Below are positions 14,488 through 25,400 of a stretch of DNA of 64,000 bases, piece by piece. A model generated the notes under the pieces. The model did no database searches. It saw nothing but the letters and a program-made list of their open reading frames with translations, and was not told the origin of the DNA. Position numbers and translations under genes: made by a program. This stretch comes from Azolla caroliniana (lineage: Eukaryota > Plantae > Polypodiophyta). The stretch covers positions 5,890,001-5,954,000 of the forward strand of contig JBHGNT010000017.1 in assembly GCA_043228905.1 (NCBI GenBank), written 5' to 3'. The first letter of the stretch is position 1, and each line of letters opens with the position of its first letter.

Positions 14488-15950
14488 TAGCTAATAAGCT
14501 TAGTCTTTTCTAATTAGCTAAGTCGTAAAAAGTATGGAAACTATTTTGCTGCTATCGTTGTAGCTAATTAGCTACTACCATAGTTGATTAAAGCAGCTAA
14601 TAGCTATCCTATTAGTTAATTAGCTACTGCCATAGTTTACTACAGTAGTTAATTAGCTAAATGGCAGCTAGTTAGCAACTAGCTAATTAGCTATCCTACT
14701 AGCAGTTAATTAGCTAATGCCAGCTAGTTAGCTACTAGCTAATTAGCTACTCATAGCTAATTAGCTAGCACCATAGTTGTGTAAAGTAGCTAATTAGCTA
14801 TCCTACTAGCTAATTAGCTATTGGCAGCTAATGAGCTACTAGCTAATTAGCTAGTACCATAGTTGTGTGAAAAAGCTAATTAGCTATCCTACTAGCTAAT
14901 TAGCTACTGGCAACTAATTAGCTATCCTACTAGCTAATTAGCTACTGCCATAGTTGTATAAAGTAGCTAATAAGCTATCCTAGTAGCTAATTAGCTACTA
15001 GCAGCTAATTAGCTATCCTAGTAGCTAATTAGCTATGGTACTAGCTAATTAGCTAGTACCATAGTTGTGTAAAAAAGCTAATTAGCTATTGGAAACTAAT
15101 TAGCTATCCTACTAGCTAATTAGCTACCCTAGTAGCTAATTAGCTACTGGCAACTAATTAGCTATCATAGTAGCTAATTAGCTACTGCCATAGTTGTGTA
15201 AAGTAGCTAATAAGCTATCCTAGTAGCTAATTAGCTAATGGCAGCTAATTAGCTATCCTAGTAGCTAATAAGCTATCCTAGCTACTACATAGTTGAGAAA
15301 GTAGCTAATTAGCTATCATTGTAGCTAATTAGCTATCCTACTAGCTAATTAGCTATCCTAGTAGCTAATTAGCTATCCTAGTAGCTAATTAGCTATCCTA
15401 GCTACTACCATAGTTAGTAAAGTAGCTAATTAGCTATCCTAGCTACTACCATAGTGAGTAAAGTAGCTAATTAGCTATCCTAGCTACTACCATAGTTGAG
15501 TAAAGTAGCTAATTAGCTATCCTAGCTACTACCATAGTTGAGTAAAGTAGCTAATTAGCTACCATTGTAGCTAATTAGCTATCCTAGCTACTACCATAGT
15601 TGAGTAAAGTAGCTAATTAATTAGCTATCCTAGCTAATATCATAGTTGAGTAAAGTAGCTAATTAGCTATCATAGCGACTACCATAGTTGAGTAAAGTAG
15701 CTAATTAGCTACCATAGTAGCTAATTAGCTATCCTAGCTACTACCATAGTTGGGTAAAGTAGCTAATTAGCTATCGTACTAGCTAATTAGCTATCCTAAT
15801 TAGCTATCATACTAGCTAATTAGCTATCGTACTAGCTAATTAGCTATCCTAATTAGCTATCATACTAGCTAATTAGCTATCGTACTAGCTAATTAGCTAT
15901 CCTAGCTTCTACCATAGTTTAGTAAAGTAGCTAATTAGCTATCCTAAATA
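14488..15950. repeat. ~1.45-kb satellite of the palindrome TAGCTAATTAGCTA inside intron 14475-15968
   Basis: Dozens of copies visible directly. Confidence 0.97.
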
Positions 15951-16673
15951 GCTGCCATGTTATTGTAGAATCTTGTGGATTAAGGACGACACATGATGTG
16001 TCTGGTGTTGATGACACTGCAACAGATGAGGATACTGCTACCAACGTGGCTGAAAGTAAGAGTCCTGCTATCACATCTCCTTCAGATCAGCTCCACCCTA
16101 TTCTTTTGGAACAGTGTACTGAATTAGGCAATGATGTGAAATGCCATGAAATAGTGGAAACAACATGTAAAACTAAGGTTCACAACAACAATGTTTATGA
16201 ACACTTGATGCAACATTTCTTCGAATCTCAAGACCTTGATTCCACCCCACCGAGCCCAACTACTGAAAATGTCCAAATAGATCCCTCTGTACTTGAAAAG
16301 CTAGTTCAAGAAACGACTGATGTGCAATTAGCTGCTGAGGCGATGGGAAGGTTGTCGGAGGAGGACACACTTGCGCATTGGGTGAAAGAAGCAAGGCTAA
16401 ATGGGGAACCGACCAGAAAAAGGTTGAAGAAGGGGCCACGATCGGGAACAAGACCAGTTACTCGGTCAAGGGCCCAGACGTAGTGGAGCGAAATACTGTT
16501 TAGTTGGATATGATTGTTAGCTTAGGGATTTTGCTAGGGTTTTATGAAGTTTTACTATCCTGTTGGACAAGTAAAACCTCAGATTGGTTGTTGCTTGATC
16601 CACATTATGTAATGGAACTCTATGATGTTTTTCCAAGATAATTTGAAGAGTGTTGTTCTATGACTGAAACTCT

Positions 16674-17657
16674 TTGATGTTCAAGATGTTGTTTTGTGAG
16701 ACTGTTAGTTACTTTGTGAGTGTGAATATGTTGGTGTTTTCTGATGTTGTAGAGTCTAAAGGGTTTGATTCTATTGCTCGTAAGGCCAATGGCAGTGTGG
16801 ATACTGTTGATGTTGCGGCATGTTTAAAGGGCCCCATCTTGAAAGTAGATGTAGCAACTGACACAAGTGATCTGGTCACACAAGTTGATCAAGCATGTTG
16901 CACGGATGACTTGGTGTTGCAGGTAGATGCAGCATGTAGCACGGATGACTTGGTGTTGCAGGTAGATGCAGCATGTGATACCAGTGGACTGATATCGAGC
17001 AGATCAGTAGCTACATGCACCCAGGTAATCCAAGGATTGATAACTAAGTCGACAAAACAAGAGCACCAGAATGTGAAGCCAGGCCCAACACAGTCGACTA
17101 GGGGTTTGAAGAGGAAAAGGACGCCAGTTGTGTCGGCCGAACCTGAGCTGATTGAGATTGATCGTATCTTACCAGAAAATGGTGTAACAACGGCTCAGTT
17201 TCAGGAATGGAAACCTAAACCACTAGAAGTCGAAAGAAGAGCCTTGATCTTGGAGCTTGATAAAGTCTTGATGAATGTGAGATATATGCAACCAAGGAGG
17301 GATGCGAATCAGTTTCTAGAGTGGGTTGTGCAATACTTTGATTTGTTTATTTGGAGTGAAAAAACAAAATTAGATGTGTGGAAGTGTTTGGCAAGATTCT
17401 TCCCAAAATGGCGAAGTCGTTTTAAAGGTCAATGGGCACGAGAAAATTGTGAGCAAATGGAAGCTGCAAGATTCAAGAGACTTTCTGATTTTTGGGCTAC
17501 TTGGCCTGAATATAATGCCGACAATACATTGATTTTGGATACAAAACATTTCCGGCACTACTTCAATATTCGGAGATGCTGTCTCATTCTACCTGAGGAA
17601 ATGCCTGAACAGTACCTGGTGCAAACAATGAGCTGCCAACTAGGTGCATGGTTGTGA
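16674..17657 (+). CDS. Transposon-borne FCP1/SCP (NIF, HAD-like) phosphatase-domain protein with a degenerate catalytic motif; the frame stays open past the TGA to ~17768
   Basis: RALILELDKVL (DxDxT/V position), RRDANQFLEWVVQYFDLFIWS, RENC, KRLSDFW and NTLILD follow the NIF-domain pattern; N-terminal 13-aa repeats DAACSTDDLVLQV. Confidence 0.7.
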   Translation: MMFKMLFCETVSYFVSVNMLVFSDVVESKGFDSIARKANGSVDTVDVAACLKGPILKVDVATDTSDLVTQVDQACCTDDLVLQVDAACSTDDLVLQVDAACDTSGLISSRSVATCTQVIQGLITKSTKQEHQNVKPGPTQSTRGLKRKRTPVVSAEPELIEIDRILPENGVTTAQFQEWKPKPLEVERRALILELDKVLMNVRYMQPRRDANQFLEWVVQYFDLFIWSEKTKLDVWKCLARFFPKWRSRFKGQWARENCEQMEAARFKRLSDFWATWPEYNADNTLILDTKHFRHYFNIRRCCLILPEEMPEQYLVQTMSCQLGAWL

Positions 17658-19449
17658 ACTCCATACCGAGCTCGATATGCGGATAATATATGTAGACTCA
17701 TTCCACTGACTAGCAAGAGCTTAGCTGTTTATAGGAGATTTGTAGACATTTCCAATGGTAATTTATAAATATGTAAAGAGATGACATTATTCAATGAAGA
17801 ATTTAATTACTTGTTCCCACTGTACTTATCTACTGTGTAATTTGAGGAATATGTTGCAGATTGTTGATTTCATGCTATTGATGACTAATTAGCTATTGAC
17901 AACTAATTAGCTGCATTTGTACAACTAATTAGCTACTGATGACTATTTCGCTATAACTTAAAACTTAAAACTTAACAAAAAAGACATGATTTTATTGAGA
18001 AAGAAGCACAGAAAGTAGACTGTATACAAGAAATTGATTCTCAAACGAATTTATTTAACTGTTTTCGCGAAATACATGTTTGTTTTACAAGAGAACATGG
18101 TAAGTGCTACTTGTAGCTACAAATTCCATGGCATACTATTGTAAATACATTCATACACATTAGCACCAACAATGTATAAACCTGAGCAGCTATTGTATTC
18201 TGACATTGGGACGTTGATGCACTTGACCAAATGAGAGTACATGTACGCCGCTGGTTTGTCTTCTAACAACCTGTACACATATTCGTAGTCATCTAGTTTT
18301 GCATAAAAAATGCCTTCGATGTAGAATGTCCCGGCAGATACAAAATCTCCCCATGCATCTACAATATTCTGCCTTGCACACTGTTTACTAACCGTGCACT
18401 TTAATATATAGAAATCAACACCCTCTGAATTGCCTTCTTCAGCATTTACAACGAAGTTATCCCCAACGTTCAGGAGATCACTCAAAGTATCTCCAAGTCC
18501 CTCATATGTGAATTGTGACGCAACTCCGTCAGACCAGACCCAATGTTGAGTAAGCTCCAAACGTTGAGCTAATAACCACTGCCAATGTAACTTAAAACAG
18601 TGTTGGACGAACAAGGTATCATGCTTCTTATCATCGGAAATAAAGAAATGAATTACTTTTTTAACATCACCTGAAACTCGAAAATATGTTATGTGCACAA
18701 AAATGGTTACCTGAACTGAACACCAATGCATAGATTGAATTTCATTGTGCTGCTTGAAAGTATAATTCTCTGCGAAATCTACTACTGAAACTACTACATC
18801 ATTTGGGAAATCAGATATGCAAGTCTTAAACTGATGGGCCTGCCATGAATAAATGAAGTTGTGTTTAATGAACTTTCCTAGAGATACTACAAACAGAGAC
18901 ACCAAATCCCTTGGTTTAAGCATCTTCCGAACTAGATCCTTTCTTTTACACACCTTTCCTTCGAAATTGGTGTTCACTGACTCAAAGAACTTCATAGAGA
19001 TCAATATTTCACTACTCAATTCATTTGGACACCACCTAAATCTAGTAGGGCCACAATCTTGACATAAACCTATGACACATTTATGAATATGGAAGATAGC
19101 GTCAGTTTCTCTCGGACACAATATTGAATCTAATAAATAACTCATGGAAGAGATAACGTGCTCAGATGATTTACACTCCTCTTGCGGGCTTGATCGTTAG
19201 ATTGGGCACCCACATGTGCAAACTGTATTAGTTAGGGATGCGCTATGGTGACGTAGTAGATTAACAGAGTCCTTCAGAAAACCCATCTGTACATGGTAAA
19301 TGCAACAACATGTGTATCGATCCTTTAAGCGTCTCACAAAGTGTGGCTTAAGAGACTCAAATGTTCGTAGTTGAACTTTGATAGTTGGATGCATTCGTTT
19401 GAACCTAATAAATAAATCGACCTGCGTAATAAAGGGGAATTAGTTATTC

Positions 19450-19880
19450 TCGTAACTAGCTAACTATCCTAGTAGCTATTCTAGTAGCTAATTAGCTATT
19501 CTAGTAGCTAATTAGCTATTCTAGTAGCTTATTAGCTATTCTAGTAGCTAATTAGCTATCATGGTAGCTAATTAGCTATCATGGTAGCTAATTAGCTGTC
19601 CTAGTAGCTAATTAGCTATCATGGTAGCTAATTAGCTTTCCTAGTAGCTAATTAGTTGGTAATAACGAAATAGCTAACTAGCTACCATGATAGCTAACTA
19701 GCTACCAGTACAGCTAATTATCTGGTAGTACCTAAATTAGCTATTGAGAATAGCTAATTAGCTATCATGGTAGTAGCTATTGAGAGTAGCCATTTACCTA
19801 TGTAGTAGCTATCCTAGTAGCTAACTAAGGTAAATGTAACTGATAAGCTAATTAGCTTTTCTACTAATTGAGCTAATTAA
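19450..19880. repeat. Second TAGCTAATTAGCTA array, inside the transposase intron
   Basis: 20-bp period CTAGTAGCTAATTAGCTATT. Confidence 0.95.
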
Positions 19881-20284
19881 CTTTCCGTGTAGAGTCAAAA
19901 CAAATGTTGAGATAAATGTAAATACCTGAGGTACATCAAGAAGATGAATGGGATGCTCCTCGTAATGATTTCTTCCAACACGTTTCCTGCATAAATCCTT
20001 TTTATTGGGTGAAACCCTACTCTCATTAGTCCAAAACATTGTGATTACATCCTTGATTTCAAATGTTATGGGTGTCATTGGCTTACATCTTGTAGTTAGC
20101 TTTAGTAGACTAGTTCCTTCACCCGAGGAAATTATACGGTTCATTGTATTGTACACTGTTTTTCTACTAACACCAATTACCTTAGATAGCTCACTGATGT
20201 TTATATCGTCAACATCACTATTAAGTAACATCATTAGACTAGACCTTTTTAAGACAAGATCATCTTCTGACCTGCTCATGGATT

Positions 20285-21047
20285 ATCTCATATGCGTTGG
20301 TGTCGTTCGCCACATGTTGTAGGACGCTTACGTCGACATATTGTCGGATCGTCGCTACGGCTTTCCGGTTCAGGAGCTTCCACTCCGACTCAAGTACTCC
20401 CTTCGGTATTTCCGACCTGTCAATCGGTTCGTACAGGTCCCGAACAATCAGAAGATCCTCCATCTTGATCTTCCAGTCGGCGTAATTCTGCGCATTCAGC
20501 ACCATCATTCCCGGCTGCCCGCTGCTGCCGCCTTCCATTTTCTGTGTTACCGTCGCTCTGATACCAGTTTGTTGGACACAGTGCTCGGCCACAACCGAGG
20601 AATGGGATCAACTCACAGAAAACAGGAAATACCAAAATGCACAAAACAATGGAGAGAAAGGTACACTGGATGTTTTACGTGGAAAACCCTAAATGGGAAA
20701 AAACCACGGGAGTCCTCAAACTCCAACTATCACTATGAACAGGGATGTACACTGGTGAAGCTACAAGGCAACAACCTTGAGCTCACTGTCTTCGCCACAG
20801 GCGGCGGCAATACACAGAGGCAACGACCTCTTCGTCACTCTCTCTCTCTCTCTCTCTCGGCTGCTCTCACTTCGCATGAAAGATTAAGCAACAACCAAAA
20901 AACTATTTGCCCTAAGTCATATTTATACATATATGACTTTCGGGCTATTTACAAGTATAGCCTCAAGGGCCCTTGGCAAACATATTCACAAATATGTCTC
21001 CGCATCCGGATCTCTCTCCGGGTACATACGTCATCCGGCTCCGAAAC
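20285..21047 (-). mobile_element. Doubly truncated Ty1/Copia fragment (partial 5' LTR, Met PBS, gag start) inside the transposase
   Basis: MEGGSSGQPGMMVLNAQNYADWKIKMEDLL; related to 22477-27879; no TSD seen. Confidence 0.9.
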
Positions 21048-21589
21048 TATTACGAAGATTATTTACTAAAATAGATGATATGTTTGCATTAAGACCATCA
21101 CAATCAACTAAGTCCTTTATCGATGGATCATTACATATTCCATAAAGTACTACCTTCTTTTCTTCATTGCTGATGTGCTTGGTTTGAACATTGAAATAGT
21201 CTACAACCTTTCTCTCTATGATGGTAGTCGCATTACTTACATTCTCAGCTAAACTATCCTTACCTTTACTGAGTGTGGCTTTCGTATCCTTCAACAATTG
21301 ACGATGTTTCCTTTTTTTTTTTTGCCCAATAGTTTCGTATGGCTTGTTGTGTCCTGATAGCATCATCCCTATCCTTATGATCATTGAGGGGTAATTCTAA
21401 ACACCCTTCTTCCCCTTCCATTTGGCTGGACATGTTAAAACCCTAAATTTCTAGAAAAAAAACAAGTATTTAAGATGGCTATGGGCCACAACAATACACA
21501 AAAATATTCCACAATACACAAGATTAGACACAACAATACACAAGATAATCAATAGACAGAAAAGTTATTGCAATCCAAGACCGAACAGT

Positions 21590-22175
21590 AGAGGAGTTCA
21601 CTCTGTTGGATCGAACAGTTGAGGAGGCGATCCAAGACCGACCAATGGCGACAACTGAGTGTAGAATGTTGCCGTTGGATGAGTGAACTCCGTCAAATCG
21701 AAATGTGGAAGCAATCCGGAACTGGATAGTAGCGGCAACTGAGTATAGAATGATGGCAATGGAGCAGAGAACCCCGTCAGATTGAACAGTTACCGATGAT
21801 GCTTGGAACGCACATAGAAGGCATCTGAGAGTAGAGTGGCACAGAGAAGAGAACCCCGTCAGATTGAACAGTTACCAATGATGCTTGGAACGCACAGTAG
21901 CGGCCCCTGAGTGTAGAGTGGCACAGAGAAGAGAACCCCGTCAGATTGAACAGCTCTTTGATGATGCTTGGAACACACAGTAGCAACCCCTGAGTGTAGA
22001 GTGGCACAGAGAAGAGAACCCCGTCAGATTGAACAACTCTTTGATGATGCTTGGAATGCACAGTAGTGGCCCCTGAGTGTAGAGTGTCACAGAGAAGAGA
22101 ACCCCGTCAGATTGAGCAGCTCTTTGATGATGCGTGGAACGCACAGTAGCGGCCCCTCAGTGTAGAGTGGCGGTA
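21590..22175. repeat. ~82-bp tandem repeat (about 5 good copies plus decayed ones) upstream of the transposase
   Basis: GAGAACCCCGTCAGATTGAACA recurs at ~21767, 21850, 21931, 22013 and 22097. Confidence 0.9.
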
Positions 22176-22476
22176 GGTGGACTCGATAGGGTTTAGCAAC
22201 AGTGGTAGCAACTAACCCACAATACTCAACTAGAGATGGCCTACGTGATGTGGTAAAGGATCATGCATAATGGACCTAGGAATTCAATATATAATTTATG
22301 GTACACATTTATGGTGCACACATCAATTTATGTTGCACATTTATGGCACTCATTTATATATGTAATTAAACACTCTAGTATTTTCAATGGTAGTTTTTTG
22401 CATACTTAATTTATTAATGATGGCTTTTTACTAAAATGACTATTTATCAATGGTAGCTTTTTGCATAGCTAATTAG

Positions 22477-25400
22477 TGTTGTACAACCAGTGCTCGGCCA
22501 CAACCGAGGAACAGGTTCGATTCACAGTAAGCGGGAAATACAAGAATGCACGAAAACAATGGAGAGAAGGGTACACTGGATGTTTTACGTGGAAAACCCC
22601 AAATGGGAAAAAACCACGGGAGTGCAAGACTCCAACTATCACTATACGCAGGGAATGTACAATGGCGAGCTGCAAGGCGACGACCTTGAGCTCGCTGTCC
22701 TCGCCACAAGCGGCGGTATTACACAGAGGCGTCGACCTCTTCCTTTCTCTTTCTCTCTAACTCTCTCTCGGCTGCTCTCACTTCGCTTCCTCTCAGTGGA
22801 AAACAGAAAATGAGCAACAACGACAAAACTGTTTGCCCTAAGTCATATTTATACACATATGACTTCCGGGCTATTTACAAATATAGCCTCAAGGGCTCTT
22901 GGCAAACATATTCACAAATATGTCTCCGCATCCGGATCTCTCTCCGGGTACATTCGTCATCCGGCTCCGTAACCGGGATCTTCATCATCCGGCTCCGTAG
23001 CCGGGGTCTTCGTCATCCGGCTCCGTAACCGGGATCTTCATCATCCGGCTCCGTAACCGTAACCGGGCTTGCCGTCATTCATCTCCGGACATCCCATCCG
23101 GAGGGACCGAAATCCCAACAAACTCCCCCTTCACTTCGGCATGGGATGTCTCTCCAGTCCGATCCTCTTCCGGCATGCTTCCAGCTTGTCGGGTGTGAGC
23201 ACCTTGGTCAGCATATCCGACCCGTTCTCGTCCGTGTGGACCTTCATCAGCACCAACTCCTTGTCTTCTATCCTTTCCCGGATCCAGTGATATCTTCGCT
23301 GGATGTGCTTCGTCCGGGAGTGATAAGCCGCGTTCTTCGCAAGGTGGATGGCACTCTGATTGTCGCAGTAGAGTCGGTACTCCTCCTGTTGGATACCGAG
23401 CTCTCTAATGAAGTCCTTCATCCATATTATTTCCTTGCCGGCTTCAACAACCGCCATGTACTCCGCCTCCGTGGTTGACAACGCAACCGTCTTCTGCAGC
23501 CTCGACTGCCACGAAACAGCTCCCCCTGCATACGTCATCACATACCCTGATGTGGACCGGCTGGTATCTGCATCAGCCGACATATCCGAATCGGTAAAGC
23601 CGTCGAGTTCGGGCTTACCGGAGCCGAATCGGAGGCACACGTTTGTCGTGCCCTTCAGGTATCGGAGTATCCACTTGACCGCGTTCCAGTGCTCTTTGCC
23701 GGGATTGCTCATGTACCGGCTCACCACTCCGACTGCGTATCCTATGTCCGGTCTTGTACACACCATTGCGTACATCAAGCTTCCGACGGCAGAGGCATAT
23801 GGTACTTTCATCATGTCCTCCTTCTCAGCCTTTGTCTTGGGGCTTTGCTTGCTGGACAACTTGCAGTTTGCCGGGAGGGTTGACCCGACCGGTCTTGCTT
23901 CCGACATGTTGAACCGTTGAAGCACCTTTGTCACGTACTTCTCCTGTGACAGCCACAACTGCTTCTTCTTCCGGTCCCGGATGATGTGCATCCCTAGTAT
24001 TTGCCTCGCCGGACCCAGGTCCTTCATTGAGAAGGTTCGGTGAAGCGCTTTCTTCAGCGCCCGTACCTTGACCTGGTCCCGTCCTACGATCAACATGTCG
24101 TCCACGTACAGGAGGAGTATTAGAGAGTCTCCTCCTTCGAACTTCTTCACAAACACGCAGTGATCAGACTGCGTTTTGTGGTACCCTTCGTCGGTCATGA
24201 AGGAGTCGAACTTTCGGTACCATTGCCGGGGAGCCTGCTTCAGTCCGTAAAGACTCTTCTTCAACCGGCATACCAGGTGCTCCTTCCCTTTCTTCTCGAA
24301 TCCTTCCGGTTGCTGCATGTAGATCTCTTCTTCGAGGTCACCGTGAAGGAATGCCGTCTTCACGTCCATCTGTTCTACCTCGAGGTCCATGCTTGCCGCT
24401 ATGCTCAGCACCGTCCGGATGGAGGTCATCTTCACTACCGGGGCAAATATCTCGTCGAAGTCGACGCCCTTCTTCTGCTGGAACCCCTTCACCACGATCC
24501 TGGCTTTGTATCTCGGGGGTTTTCCGGCATCTCCCGGTTTCAGCTTGAACACCCACTTGTTTCGAAGTGCCCGCTTTCCTTTCGGCAACTCCACAAGTTC
24601 ATATGTGTGGTTCTCATGCAGGGAATCCATCTCCTCCTGCATGGCACTTAACCACCTGCGGCTATGCGTATCAAGCTTTGCTTCTTCAAAACTCTCCGGC
24701 TCCCCCTCGTCGGTCAGCAGCACGTGCTCAGGTTCCGGAAATCTCCGGGGGGCCCTTCTCTCTCTTAGAGGATATCTCCGTTCCGGAGCTTCGGTAACCG
24801 GCTCCTCCGTTTCCTCTTCATCCGAATCCATTTCGGGATCGGGGCCGGTTCCGGTATCAGTTTCATCTTCCTCGGCCGGTTCTGTTTCTTCACCGTCTTC
24901 GGCCGGATCCTCGAGTGCTAACCGGTCCCTTGCCGGTCGGGACTGCTCTTCGTAGAGTTGATCCTCACCGGTCGACTTGGAGCTCTTCATCTTCTTCTCC
25001 GACTCCCAGTCGGTGAGTGTCTTGTCCTCCATGAAGATGATATCTCGACTCCTGAATATCTTCTTGTCGACCGGGTCCCATACTCGGTAGCCGAACTCGT
25101 CGTCGCCGTAACCGAGGAATATGCATGGCCGGGTCTTTGGATCTAACTTTCCTCTCCGGTCCTTTGCCACATGCACGTATGCGAGACACCCGAACACCTT
25201 CAGATGCCGGTAGGACACTTCCTTACCGGTCCACACTTTCTGCGGCGTGTCTCCGTCCAAAGGTACTGAGGGTGATCTATTTATCACATACGTCGCCGTC
25301 GACATTGCCTCAGCCCAAAATCCCTTGGGTAATTTCGCATGCGCTAGCATACTCCGGACCCTCTCCATTATGGTCCGGTTCATCCTCTCGGCCAGCCCGT

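Larger units (their letters stand above)
12345..16483 (+). pseudogene. Transposon-borne multi-exon gene: coiled-coil, RING-H2-like finger and acidic tail. Exons 12345-12373, 13148-13829, 13913-14056, 14141-14474, 15969-16483; one premature TAG at 13290
   Basis: All GT..AG junctions keep the frame; C-x2-C...C-x-H-x2-H-x2-C...C-x3-C in RCIACG...PCNHTYHLLC...FCLGDC. Confidence 0.75.
18117..21433 (-). pseudogene. Sola2-type DDD transposase, disrupted by a poly-A frameshift at ~21320, the Copia fragment 20285-21047, a frameshift at ~19197, and an apparent internal deletion after SDGVASQF; intron 19422-19925
   Basis: Motifs FESLKP...RYTCCCIYH, CxxGxCxxC, VVDFAENY, EIQSMHW, ISDDKKHD and WSDGVASQF; the expected GHGKG..DG segment is absent. 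Confidence 0.8.
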
